Origin: Eukaryota sp. GEM-RC1
Taxonomy: Eukaryota
Direction: 5' to 3'
Assembly: GCA_040285855.1 (NCBI GenBank)
Contig: JAUFOQ010000016.1
Location: 2,914,001 to 2,978,000 of the forward strand
Length of the DNA: 64,000 nt
Shown: in pieces, positions 12,441-26,211 of the stretch
Layout: every line of letters starts with the position of its first letter
Numbering within the stretch: position 1 is the first letter of the stretch
Notes under the pieces: model-generated
Seen by the model: the letters and a program-made list of their open reading frames with translations, nothing else
Database searches by the model: none
Told to the model about the DNA's origin: nothing
Translations under genes and position numbers: made by a program

Positions 12441-14744
12441 TTGCATCAAAGACAAAGAAAACTGTAAGATATTATTGCAATAAATTACAATATTTTGGTT
12501 AAAACGGGACTCTAAATTCAGACCAGTAACATGTTTAGGTTTTCAGTTCAATTCAATATCCGAGACTACCATTCATCTTCCATTGTGCTCATTTTTGAAA
12601 CTATTCACACCTATTGGATTGTTATATATTATACAAATTTTCTTTCTTGTCGTCACTCATTTCCCGCTTTTATAATGCTAGATCTGATTTAGATCAAAAA
12701 CGTGTATGACTTATCATTATCGATCACATAAATTTGTGACTCACTTACAACACGTTGATCAAAGACTTATATTCCTTAATTCTTCCTCGACCTAATCCAG
12801 TAGACTAATTACATTTGTTTTGTAGTTCATCATTCTTTTGTTTTGCTTGCTAATCTACTACTACAACTACTTCGTTTTGTATCTTGGTTGATATCATGTA
12901 ATGATTAACTTCATTAAATCTCACGAGCAAAAATTGGAGATTACAGAACTACTTCCAAAATAGGTACTTATACAGGGTAAAAAGTTCATAAACTTATTCG
13001 TACAAAGTACAGTATTTTCATCGTACATGTACTTGGAAAATACAAATACTGTTTTTTTTGTAGTTTCTGTATTTTCTCAGGCCCCATAATTAGTGTATTT
13101 TTTTGTTTTGGATTATGCGGAATTAATACTATATTGTCTGTTATTTTACAGATAGAATGGTACCAGAAAAATCTTTGAAAGAAGATGTACTGTTCAATAT
13201 TCTCTAACTCTACGTGTTGGCCGTATTTTTGAAACATACTAGACATCAATTGGTCTTGTAGAGACCATTGAGATTCAACAGACCGAAACGTCTTTTATAT
13301 GTAACATTGGATAGATCTCTAGGCCTGCAATTTATTTACATCAACTTTAGAAAACACGTAACACTATTGATTCCGTGAAACTCATTAATTAACTACCAAT
13401 GGAGGTATGAGTACGCACATATGGGATGATCAAAGATCTCGTGTTGATGTACTTCCTCTCGGCAACGAAGATGTTTTTGATGTTGACAATAGTGATACCA
13501 TATGCAACTGTGCTATATGAAGATGAATTGCAAGTACAATGTAGTTGTTCTTGACGAGTATATAGTTGTAACAAACTCGTCTGATGATGAAGAATCACCC
13601 AATCCTCTTAATGTTTTTGAGGAATAACAACCTGAATGGTTGCAAAAGTAGATCGGAAAGGCCTTCTTTTCTACCCAGAAAAGAAAGCAAACTAAATATT
13701 GGTTACATTGTATTTGTTAGGGTATTTGTGATGTTTGTTATGTTTAGTTTTTCAGTGACACCCATATGATTTTAGTCATTGTCAATTTTAAAAAACAAAA
13801 ATATCACCATGGCTTTTGCAAAATGTTGCTATTTTTTTGTATTAAATGTAAAACTGAAAATTAACAAATACACGAAATACACGAAATACAAAAAAACAGA
13901 AAATACAGATAAATATGTTTCCCTTGTGATGGAGAAAACCATCACACATACAGTAGTTTGTAGGTTTACTCCAAAAGTCATAAACATCAAGGAAAATTGC
14001 ATAAATAAATTGTGTCCTACGCTAAGTTACCGAGTACAAACTCGCACTCAATGCGAAGTATTTTACCGTACTCACTTTGTGTTTACTGTTTTTGCCAAGT
14101 TTTGAATGCAATACTTCAGCATTGTGATGGAATCAGTATTCTAGTAATCATTTTGATGCTGCGTTGATCCAACCTTCAGACTATAATAAAACGCAAACTG
14201 AGCGTGAAAAGGACATGAACCAGACATGAACCATCAAGTACATGGTTGAGACGCACTATCACTAACACTGGAATCGACCGTACTGGACGTGCATTTGACT
14301 GGTAGTATTTGACTAGAAGTGTTATCACGACCAGCCTTGTGCTTATAGATATGGATTCCAAAACAGAACCACTACAAACATTAAGAGCATTAACACTCTA
14401 GTTACTACACAGGAATCTTTACTCTTTAGTGTGTCATCTTTAGTCTAGGTCGACGACAGCCGAACATAAGTTATTACAACTCAGGTCTAACCATAGTTTA
14501 TGAGACTTCGACCTAGACACACATGCATCATATAAATATCATCTTAACTTTTTGAATCACCAATAATGACAAAGACACATAGTCTCAACCATCTCAACCA
14601 TCAGCCACTTAGATACGTACACATACGTATATACAATTTTCAAAAACCACGGTCGAACTCAACTATGACCAACTCCAATCACATAAATTTCATCTTCTCT
14701 AAAACAGTTTTTTCTGATCCACATTTATAAGCTATTTGCTCGTA

Positions 14745-17700
14745 ATGCACAAACAAACCAAGAAATTCTTCACTGTTGTAACCATAGCAATAGTTTTATG
14801 GTTTGCAATGCGGCTTTTGTTACGAACTACAGGCCAGAGTTCCCAAACTGACTCTATGTCTCATCACATCTCCCATCTAAATCTATTCAGACGACGGCGT
14901 GATCTTCTCATCATACTTCTAGATGCTGAAACCAGTCTTCCCATTCCCAATGCCCATGTCTCCATTGATTCTCTCACCACTATTGCTTACTCCAATTCTC
15001 AAGGAGTTGCTTTCTTCCCCTTACTCAAACCTTCATTGTATTCTATCTCTCTCCAACATGATAGCTACGTACCACATTACGTCCAAATTCCTCACAAATC
15101 TGCTGTAACCGTCACCATCATCCTTACTCCTCGTACAGCACCCTTATCGATCTTCTTCCAGGACGCTCTCTCAAAACATCCTCTTTCTGATGTCCGTATT
15201 CTAGTTGACGGTGTTGAAGTGCCCACTTTATGTATCGATGGAATGATGACGTTATCAGACCTTCGCAGGGGAGCCCACAAACTTCAGTTCTTCTCTGATA
15301 ACTTCCACTCTAATTCCACCAAGGTTGAAGTTACCACGTCCAGTCAACCGGTGTTACACGTTGAGTTAAACCCACTAATGGTGAATATGACTGGATTCGT
15401 GTTAACCAATAAAAAGAAGCCAATTGCTGGAGCTTCTGTTAGTATCCCAAATTTTAAATCAATAACTGATATTAAAGGTGCTGTTAGCATCCCCAATCTA
15501 AGGTTTAATACTACTATCTTTCTCCATGTTTACCACGAATCCTTTATTGAGTCTGTCTTCCCTATATGTACCAACAGCTCAAAACCCTTCACTGTTCATC
15601 TTAAACAACACTTCTTTGAGTTAGAAGTTTCAGTTTATGATAACTCTACAAAGTCTAGTATTTCCCCTGTCAATCTTGTTCTTTTTCTAGAAGATACCGC
15701 CATTGACTCTTTGTTTACGGATGGAAGCAGAGTTACTGTCTTTGAAGGATTAGAGGTTGGCTATTACACACTCCAACTTCTACACCCAGGGTTTTGGGAG
15801 AAGTCCATACATTTCGGAAAGCTTCATGATTCTCATGATGTAAGTGTTTATCTAGAGCCAAAACTGTTCTCAGTGACTGGAATCTGCGTATACGAACTAT
15901 CACCAGTACCAGGAGTTAGAGTTTCAATCTCTGGGTCACGTATCTCTACTGTTACTGATCAGGATGGTGGTTTTAGCCTTTATAATGTTAGATTTGGGTC
16001 TCATGTGTTGCATCTAGTACATGACAAGTATGAAACGTTCCTTAAAGAAACAATTAATGTATACGAAGACTTGGATTTGGGCCAGATTTCTCTAAGTTCA
16101 AAGGCCTTTTGGGTACGACTAACTGTTTTTAACGACAAGTCAAAACAGCCACTTCCAGGAGCCCTTGCCAGTCTACAACGAGCTGATCAACGAATAGCCA
16201 ATCAATCACTTCATTTGTTCTCTGATGATACAGGTCAGATTGCCTTTCAAAAGGTTCCAGCAGGAGGATATGAAGTTACTGTGCAGTTGATGGGATTTCA
16301 TTTAAAAAGGTTGAGATTATTAGTTTTAGGAGACAATTTTGAAATATTGTATCTCAAACCCCTCTACTTCTCCCCTTTCCGGAAGGTTTGTTGACGATGG
16401 TGTTCCGATCTCTAACGTTTCTGTCGTGATTGATGGATTTGATTCTGGTGCATCAGGTACTACTGGAGATTTCTACATTGACAGCATCTCCTTTGGAACT
16501 TTTCTCTTTGCATTTATCCACCCTCGATATGAAGAAAAGAGATCTAACATAACTGTAAACTCAGCTTCCAGTAGTAAACTCGGAGACATTTCTCTCTATT
16601 TGAAATCATTTGTGGTTAATCTTACTGTTGTCGACTCCTTCTTCAAATATCCTGTATCTAACGTTTCCTGCTCCCTTTTAGCTCATTCAATTATTCCCCT
16701 GCCCTCAGTTCTATCTGATGAATTAGGTAGTGCATCATTTGAAAAAGTTTTATATGGAACTTACGATCTAAAGTTGGTTTCAGAAGGTTATAAGGACAAA
16801 GTTCTTACAGATTTCGCTGTGACGTCAGTGATTGACACTCAGATTATGATTGATCCTATTCTTTTCTCCGTTTACGGTAAAGTTCGAGATTCTACAGAAC
16901 CAATTCCAAATGTTAATGTTTCTATTCAAGAACGCGATCACTCAGTTTTATCCTCTGAATTTGGTTCTTTTGCTTTCCCTTACATTGCATATGGAAATTA
17001 CTCTGTTTCTTTTTCACACTTTCAATACGATTATCTCCTTATTAATTTAATAGTCAATGAAACTTTTGCTGGCGATTTGGATGTTGAGTTAAAACTGAAA
17101 TCTTTCTCAGTAATGTTTATTGTTTACGATTCTGTATCTGATGAACTTGTTAACAATGCTAGTTGTTCGTTCATCATGAATTCTAGAACTGCACCTTCTC
17201 CTTTTATTTCTAGTGATGCTGGTTTTATCTTCCACCAAAGCCTTCCTTGGGGAGTTTATGAGCTTGTGTTTGATTCATTTGGGTACAATATGTTACTTAT
17301 TTCAAATTTCTCTATTTCTAGAAATGTTAAGAGTGAAATTACTCTAGATCCATTTTTGTTCAACGTTACTGGAATTATCATGGGGTGGGCAAGAACTTAG
17401 CCAATGCATCTGTTTCACTCAATCAAAATTCAACAGTAATCTCTGATTCTAAAGGACAATTCTTTTTTTTTAATGTTAGATTTGGGTATCATAAGCTAGA
17501 AATCATTCATGATCATTATTTAAAAGAAGTTGTTCAATTGAATATTCTTAGTTCTGATTTCGACCCACGACTTGGAGAAATTCATTTGACTCTCAAATCA
17601 TTCTCAGTTAAGTATACCTTCATTGATTCCTTCTCCAATCAACCTGTCCCCCATGTGGCGTGTTCCCTCTTTGATATTAATAGCAATCATATTGGGCCGG

Positions 17701-18345
17701 TCATATCCGATGCACATGGAAATGTTTCATTTAGTTCAATTCCACTTGGTCATTATGACTTACAATTTGGAAGCAGATGGCTATAACTTTATGTACCAAG
17801 AGAATTTAAGTATTCTCGAAGACATTTTCGAAATCAAGTTTATTGAACCAAAACTGTTTAGCCTGTCTGGCACGTTCATTCCCAAGTACTATCCGATTCC
17901 AGGTGTCAAAGTGTACATTGACAATGCTGACGAACCTGTAATTTCCAATGATGAAGGTAAGTTTGTTATTCCTCATGTACGTACAGGAAAACATCAGCTA
18001 CGATTCCAACATAACAATTACGCTTTAGAAGAATCTGTTGTTGATCCTGAGGTCGATGGCAATGCTCTGGGAGATATTCAGCTTGTTCCTAAGTCTTATG
18101 GAACTGATCCAAATGTTTTTGGCTTTGTAGTTGATTCTTATGGAAATCCTCTTGATTCAGTAACAGTAAGTGTGGGCAACAAACGTTTGGCTAAGTCTGA
18201 TTTCAGTGGGTTCTTCAGTTTTCATTTGGATAATGGATTATTTAAGATTAAACTGAGACTCAATGATATGGTTGATGAGTTTTCAGTTGTTGTCGGAAGT
18301 TCTAATTTACATTTGTTAAGGAAACTTGAAACAGGACAAGTTTAA
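14745..18345 (+). CDS. Type II membrane protein with many carboxypeptidase-regulatory-like (CarboxypepD_reg/SpaA) beta repeats; 3 apparent frameshifts (~16373, ~17385, ~17767)
   Basis: N-terminal TM segment, then repeated units P(I/V).(G/N)V.VSI...T/SD..G.F....V..G.Y.L...H..Y across four overlapping ORFs that join at short homopolymers. Confidence 0.85.
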
Positions 18346-18497
18346 GTGTTTTGTTTTGTTCCATGTCTTGCGTTTCTATTTATTTAAGTTATATCCACGT
18401 GTTTTCTTTTTTAATATGAATCACATTTAAATGATTCCTTCATCTACATAATACCAATTGCAAGTTGTGATAAAAATATTTGATTTTCACTCATGAA

Positions 18498-19140
18498 CAG
18501 GGATGCGAACAAAATATATTGTTATTTTATTTTCTGAATTAGTATGTATTAATTTATTGTTGCAAATAAACTCTTTAATTGGTATTTTCTTTATTAAAAT
18601 ACTGTACTATTGTTTATTGTGGCAATAATTTTCGTTACTGGATTCATCCATTTGTATACTCTTATCTTCGATTCTGGAGTAAACAAGATGGGTTGTGGTT
18701 GCAGTTTTAGAAAATCCACTCTTATGGTGTTCTTTGTGCCCTTAAATGATTATACATACAAGAGGCGAATCTTTATAGAAGGAGAAGAACCTCTCTGATG
18801 ACAGTAGCAGACAAAAACCTAATCTTAAACTACACAACACTATAGAACTACAACAGGTACTGATGTAAATCTCTGATCTATAGAACTCAGATAATGTTCG
18901 GCAAAATATAAACGATTGCCCCTATCTTGATTTGTTGTAGGAGGAATGAAATTTAACATACAGTCTTCCCCCAGTTTATGTCCAGTCCAAGAGGTGGACA
19001 TAAACCGGGGAAGACTGTATGTAGATGATGAGACGACATTGAAAATGTCATCAGATTATAAGGAAATATTGACAATGACAATATATTTATTTTCGTTGTG
19101 AATAATAATTTATATATATATATATATTTTCGCATCCATG
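18498..19140. mobile_element. Non-autonomous hAT-like TIR element (same family as 45249-46138, inverted)
   Basis: Ends CAGGGATGCGAA...TTCGCATCCATG. Flanks ctcatgaa / tacatgaa are a degenerate 8-bp TSD. Internal gtaaacaagatg..ttgtgg.tgcagtt is shared with the 45.9 kb copy. Confidence 0.65.
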
Positions 19141-19510
19141 TACATGAACATAGGTTGCAGAGTTCTGAACAAAACATCTCTGGATCTGAAATCCCATCTA
19201 TACCTTTACTGATTTTCATTCTATGAATACAAACAACAACAAACGAATACAATACAAACTGGTGTCTTCTTCAGCAATGATCATAATTCCTGAAAAACAA
19301 TGTCAGCTTTATGCTTTTTTTGATTTATAGAAAATTGTTCTAGAAATGATGTCACTCTTGTAGGTATGTGGATAAAGCGACAGTAATAGAATTCATTAAC
19401 GAGGCTCCCTTCTACTATTGGATTTGAACCCAATCAGGACAGGATCTGAAAGATCCGCTTTTGACGTATTGATTGGAAGTGCAGATCTTCCTCAACACAA
19501 GTCATTTCTG

Positions 19511-21981
19511 ATGCGTTCTCCAAAACATCTGTTCCCTCTTCTGTTTCTTGTCGTGTTTCTTGCATATAAATCAGCCCACAACCAAAGACATAGTTTGCAT
19601 GATCCTATTGTTGCACATTCGACTGAAACTCTATTTTCTGAGGGCCGAGCGTTTGATTTTCTGATGCGTCTCAAGACAGAAGTTGATTTGAGAGTCCTAG
19701 GAACTTCCAAATCCACGTCAGCAGTCGAGTGGATACTCAAAGAAATAGCCATGATCCAAACATTGTATCCTGATGCTCATATTATGTATCAAACTGTCGA
19801 CGGGAACGGTACACAAAACAGTTTGCATGTTCCTGACCAGAAAATCTGGAGCAATCTGCGTAACGTCATCGTTTGTTTGTCTCCGCTGAATGATTCCTGT
19901 TCTCCTCATTTAGGTTATGCTGCTCATTTTGACTCAGTAAGTACTATGTTTGGTGCCCTCGATGATGCTAGTGGTACTATATTAATGTTAGAACTTCTCC
20001 GTTCCTTTGCTGCTGATCCACCCTCCAAAGCTATTTCTTTCGTGTTTACAAATGGGGAAGAAATGGGTCTCCTTGGCAGCTCGGTTGTCAAGACTCACCC
20101 ATGGGCTCAGCCTTCAGCAGGTTTCATTAACCTTGACTGTTCTGCAGGTAAAACTGCTCCAGCTGTCTGGTTTGTTTCCTCCTCTTCAGGTCCTCTCCCT
20201 AAGTGTTTAACTAAATCGGGAGTTGACCTCCGCCCTTGGATTTCGCCTCTAACATTTGGAAGAACCGATGGTAGTCAGTTTGTAGATGCTGGGGTTAATG
20301 TGATTGAACTAGGTATTTTGGATGACATGTCCTACTATCACACGCCAGTTGATGACGTGTTCAATTTGATCCCAGGTCAAATTCAATCATTTGGTGATTA
20401 TGCACACGATATTGGACGTTGTGTTCTTGATGATGATTCTGAAGCTCAACAGCCTTCACCTTTCTGTTGTGCTTCAAAGTTTTTTGGAATTTCGATTGTT
20501 TTCGCACAACTGGCACCCTTGGTAATTGCTCTGCTTCTCCTGGTCATCAACATTGGTTTGATCATGACCTACAAGAAAGTTACGTTGAGCCCTGCTTTTG
20601 CTGAAAACGGATGGTTCCGGTGGCTTTTACCTTTGTTTGGACCCGTCATTGTTGCTCTTATTGGCCATCTCATTCATCCAACTATTCTTGTTTCAGTTGC
20701 TCCTCACTTCTCCTACTTCATTTACACAACTATTGGGATCATTATATTTGTTTTAACTCACAAAAGAAGTCAGTTTGATATGGCTTCACTTGATGTAGCT
20801 ATGACGGCCTTCATTTTGTCATTTCTTGGATGTTTAGCGATACCTTTCATTTTCATATCCTTTATTTCGACCACACATTCTTCATTTTTGTTGTACATTT
20901 ACATTCGTAGCCATTATCGGACTGGAAGAAAAGACTACGATGGTTCACATGAACAAACTGTCAGTTACTGAGTCATTCTCAGGAGAACAGCCCTCCATAA
21001 CATTCAAAACTTGTACTTGGGATGATGTTCAATTTGTTCGAAACCTCTCTTCTTTGTTCGCTCTTCTGCTTCATTTGTTCATTTTGTTACCCGTTTGGAT
21101 GAGTTTCGGATCTTATGGAGTCAACATGGGATTGGGCATAGAATTACTTCTGATGGTTTATAGTTGTTATCCTCCTATTGGTTTGTTTGCTACTCTGTTC
21201 TATTACAATCATGAAGAGCTCACTAGAAGAATGAAGAAAATATTGCTAGGAATACTGGTATTATTTGTTCTTGTGTTTGTCTTGACCCCTATTGTGGTTG
21301 GCAACACTCCAGCTAGACCTCAGCTCACGAACACCTTCTCTCAAAGTGAACAGAAACTTAGTATTGAGATCAATCCAAATGAAGATTTTCACTTTTGTAT
21401 TAATGAATCTATTTCTAACGTCATCATTGGATCAAAACTTCCACTCTCAAAAGTTGAAAAGCATTTGAAGTCTCGTGAAATCGTATTTGATGACATTGAT
21501 TTTGAACCTCTTCCAGCCGTTGTTTTCGATAACATGGTCAACTTCATGTCTGATCGCTTTATTTCCATCAAGTTACCCTCTGTTCAAGACCTTCCTCTGG
21601 TGGAAGTTACTGGTGAAGCTCTTGTTGAAGGAAGGAATAGATCATGGTTGATTACAGTCAATCATCCTAATTATTTTAATTTTGTTGTCTCTATTCCTGA
21701 TTCTAGTGAGGACGTTGTGGTCACACCTGGTTTTGAAGATCCCCAGAAAGGACCGTTTTCTTTGCTTTTCTTCCCTCAGGATGCTACTCTTACTAAAACA
21801 GTATTTTCATTCACGTCATCGTCTGAAAAGTGTGTTTTTGTTGATTTTGGTCTTATGGGATTGTATTGTGATCTGTTTGATTCAGAAACATTGCGATTTA
21901 TCCACCAATTACTTCCCCCCTGACGCTGCTGATTTCCATCCTGGAATGTATGTAGGTGTTTCCACCAAATTATGTTTGTAA
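19511..21981 (+). CDS. M28-family ER metallopeptidase (ERMP1/Pff1-like), multipass; 2 apparent +1 frameshifts (~20950, ~21917)
   Basis: AHFDSV, GALDDASG, NGEEMGLLGS, INLD, TD and YYHTPVD zinc-site motifs, then a TM bundle and a C-terminal lumenal domain. Confidence 0.88.
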
Positions 21982-23210
21982 CATTTGTTAAATGTAATTT
22001 TGACTTTGGTCACATATTCATCTTCGGTTATAAATTTTTGTAAATAATTTTGAAACTGTCTAAATTCACCACTTACCACACACTGTCTATTAACTACAAG
22101 AAGTATCCGCTGTCAAAATAAGGTTGCATTAGGTAAGACCCAAGATCCAAAGAGAAGAAGTTCTATTATGAATACTCAGATGAAGATGATCTGTTGAAAT
22201 GATGTTAAGCAGGTTGAAGGTCAGAAAGAACAAGACCAATCATTTTATTCCGAACTTTTCCATCAAATGGTGGATTTACATGGCCCTTAATTAAAACAAC
22301 AAACATCTTTTAATCTAATCAGTTATTTTACAATGTTTTCATCACAGTTTCATTCCAAAAATGTTGATTGTAGTTTGCATCAATTGTAAATATATTTTGA
22401 CAGAACCAAGAGCAGGACAGCCCTCCTTGAAAACAGTCTTTCAGCTACGTTCGAGCAAGAATGAATAAAATTACGACATTAGTAAGAGCTTTCCTGGGTT
22501 TTAGAATTTTGTTGCTCAACTAGAGAAAAGAAAGTACCACAGATTTCTTTCGAAATAAGTTCGATGTAGAAGAAAAAATAGTGTTTTTATTGTGAAAGAT
22601 CAACAATAAATTATTGATGCTTATTGTATTGCAATTATTGACCTCAACACTTATTGTTTCGGAATCCCTGATAGCAGAACACAAGATATCGAATTAATGT
22701 GAGATAACTCTTTAATTTACGATTTACACCAATTGCAAAGAGCAATTGAACATACTAGTATTATACACAAAAGAGGAACATTGACTTATAATACAATTCA
22801 TCGAAATACACGAATGCCACCATTATGGTGACTCATAGAGAATACCACGCCCTGCCAACGATGATCGACAATTGGCCCCAGGTGATTTGGAGAATTCATC
22901 CAACTTAACAGATTTTAATTGATTATATCGATTGATGAAGTGTTTCTCTGACAACAAAGCAGCTTCTCGTTTGGAACTAACTCTTGATATATTATTCTGA
23001 TTCCATATAGCATATTCCTGAGCCTGAAGCTTGATTAGAGGATTTCTGTGGGAACTGTAAAGCATCCAAGAACTCGTATAAGAAGAAGATGTGAAAGGTA
23101 AGATTGTGTTGTTAGACTTCGTAGATATCTCTTGTGTCACATATTGGAGACTTTCATTCAGAGATGTTAGTAGATGTCAAAATTGTCAAAATTGTTCTAC
23201 TGTAGATAAG

Positions 23211-23762
23211 ATGTTGCACTTTCCTCGACGTCACTGTCCGCCTCACAGCTATTCACGGGGTCCCAGATTTCATAGGCCTTGGTATCATGGACCCAGATAC
23301 GGTCCTAGACGTCGTCATAACCACTTCTTCTTCACAGGACCGCGTCATTATATGCATGGTGGTCATCACATGAGGTCCAATCCAATGGCTCCTGTGAGTT
23401 GTCTTCTTGGTTCTATTGTGGTTTTTGCAATGGTTCTTTTTGTTCTTACTGAAGTGTTGTTCCATGTTATGTTGGATACGACAACTGTGTTTCTACTAGT
23501 CTTCATAGTATTCCTACTCGGAGCTGTTTGTATCTTTGGCAGGTCCAGAAAACACCTGTCCGTCACCCATCCTACTGTTCCTCAAGCAGTTCCTACTCAG
23601 CCACAATCTCAACACTATGTTACACAACAACATCCACCACCGTATGTTCCTCCTCACTCTTATGCTCCTTATAGTCAGCCACAGTATACTCATGGAAGTT
23701 TCCATAATGTACCTAGTTCAACTGTGGTAATTGATGCTACCCCGTCAGCTCCTGTGTTGTAA
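23211..23762 (+). CDS. Small two-TM protein with His/Arg/Gly-rich N-terminus and Pro/Gln/Tyr-rich tail
   Basis: Clean ORF from ATG 23211 with two hydrophobic segments, PPPY and PSAP motifs in the tail, and AATAAA just after the stop. Confidence 0.7.
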   Translation: MLHFPRRHCPPHSYSRGPRFHRPWYHGPRYGPRRRHNHFFFTGPRHYMHGGHHMRSNPMAPVSCLLGSIVVFAMVLFVLTEVLFHVMLDTTTVFLLVFIVFLLGAVCIFGRSRKHLSVTHPTVPQAVPTQPQSQHYVTQQHPPPYVPPHSYAPYSQPQYTHGSFHNVPSSTVVIDATPSAPVL

Positions 23763-24025
23763 ACCCTCTCAATAAAAGACTCTATTTAAAAACAACTGTT
23801 TTAAGATTCTACGAATCTAGACAAAAGTGTAATTTAGTGAGTTGATTAAACAGAAAGGAATTATGAATCATAGATTGGGTTAAACTAAATAATCATAGTT
23901 TATGATTAATGTAGATCAGCCTAATCTTTGAGGATACAAAGATGAAGTAAACATGTACTATAATGTAGTACATGTAGATTATTCAGTAGGAGATTCTGAA
24001 AAAGTTTCTCTTTAACTAGCTGCGA

Positions 24026-26054
24026 ATGAAGACTTCTTCCGTACTCATATGTCTCGTCTTCTTGTTGACGGTCACATCATCATCTCTGATATATACCTTT
24101 CCTGATATTTCTAGTCATTTTTCCGTTACCGATGACAAACTATTAATTGGAACCAAACTACCCAACTCTGGAAGGATCAGCATGGTCGATCTCAGCGATT
24201 CTTCCGTCTCGTGGTCTATCTCCACCCCTTCGCATCCCGTCCACTTCTTCGATCACAAGCTTTCTAAGTCCTTAGATCTCGTTGTTAGTCACTCCATAAC
24301 TGACTCCCAACATCGCTTCACAGCTATCAGCGGCTCTTCTGGTAAAATCTTCTGGGATATCCCTATCATTTCCTCCTCCACCCAAACTCTCTCTTGGAAA
24401 TCTCAAAAGTTCTTTGTTGTTCTCTCTGACAAGTCTCTCCACCTCATTGGTCTCAATGGCCTCGTCACTGACTGCCCTCTTGAACTAGCCAATCCTTCTC
24501 TTTTGTTTGCTGTTCAGACTGCTGATAATACTGTCTCTATTGTTGTATTCGATGAGGAATCTCTCTCTGGGGTGGTTCTACAGAAGACATCGTGTGTGAT
24601 GGAGAGTTTTGAAGTTTCATCTTATGATTCTCTTGCTGACGTCATCACTTCCACTTCTTTTAAGTCTTTATTCCCCTCTAATGATGACGTTACCACCATT
24701 CTTGAAGAAGATTCACCTGCTACTACTGTTGAAATTGAGTCGACAGACCCAACTTTTGTAAAAATTAGAAATTCTAATTATGAAGCTCAATTCTTAAAAA
24801 CTCCTTTTTCAAACGGAATCACGTTGACTGATGGTTCAATTCTTTCCATTTCCAATAAGCAAGCCTATCTATACAACGGAACCACCATCACGTCATTTGA
24901 ACTTCCTTTTGGCCTGGTCCAAATACCAAACTCTATGGATCTAGTCTTGATTGTCTTGCACTTGTTCGATCAGATCAATTGGTGACGTATTACAATCATT
25001 CAAAAGTCGATAATCAGGGATTTTATCATGATTTGCCTGAGTATACCTCTTTGATTCAATCAAATGACGTTGCTGGTTGCCCTTCTTTCTACGTTCTTGA
25101 TGGTCACAATGTGATTGGTAAGATGACGTCATCTGGATTGGCTAACAGCATTGTACCTGATATTGGTGTGCTGGCAACTAGCTTTGATGACTCTACAGTG
25201 ATTAAATCAAAGGGGAAAGTGATTTTCGAGGAAGACTGTCATTCAATCATTCATACTCACTCAACTTCCCCAATCAATTCTGATAACAACAAAGCTGTTT
25301 GGCCTCTCAATGATTTAATCTTGGTAGTTTCATTTGCTGAAGATTCTGTTATCCGTGTGCGTTTAATGTCGGGATCAGGACATGTATTTTATGTCAAGAA
25401 AATTTCAAATGTCTTGAATAATTCAGTTTTGGTCTATTCGGGTCACGGAAGATTCGTTTACTCCTACGTTACTGACAAGAGTATTGAGCGTAAAGTTGTT
25501 GCAGTCGAAGTTGTTAGTAGAGAAGAAGTTGACTGGAACATGGTTGGAAAAATCAAAAAGGAAGGTGTTCATGCTCGTGATTTCCATGCCGTTTCTCAAT
25601 TATTTACAACAAAATTCAATATTCGTCGATTTATTTCCCAAGGAGATGTTCTTTTGGAATTTTAAATGATGGACGAGTCGTTTCCATTTCGTTTAATTAT
25701 TTAAATCCTTTTAGATTAGTAGATGTTCCAGTTAAGAAGACCAAGAAAATGCCTTCATGGCAGATTTACCAGAAAGAACTTCCGTTTATCGCCACTTTAA
25801 GTAGTTTAAATGAAGAAACTGGATTGAACTTATATGAAGAATGTAGCAATCAGGGAATTACAACACAGCCTCTTGAATTTAAAACAACTGTTCACTTCGC
25901 TGGATCCGTGTTCGGTTTTGTTGATGTTTTCCCTTATGGAAAGACTGACTTTGGAGTCCTTCATCTTGTAGATGAATCGATTCAATGGTCAGTTGTTAGT
26001 ATTTTGATAGTCACTGCTATTATCCTGTTTGTTAAGGCAACCGGTACCAAATAA
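24026..26054 (+). CDS. EMC1: ER membrane protein complex subunit 1-like; 2 apparent -1 frameshifts (~24915, ~25657)
   Basis: Signal peptide, PQQ-like propeller start, and C-terminal features (SG.V....., FVYSY, AVEV, LNDGRVVSI....LNPFR, TT..F.G..FG, L.E) ending in a single TM. Confidence 0.6.
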
Positions 26055-26211
26055 ATTAAGTTTTTCTCACTTCATATTCCTTGTTGTGGGTTAACGGTTC
26101 AATGGATCGGAGATGATTGTGGCCAGAGTAAATGACATCAGGTGATATTTCATGTTTGACAGAAGGAAAAGGAGAAGAATTGACAAGAAATGATTTGCCG
26201 GCACATCTTAT

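Noticed and set aside
22823..23140. 105-aa minus-strand ORF
   Set aside because: GTG start and no recognisable motif. It may be real but cannot be supported.
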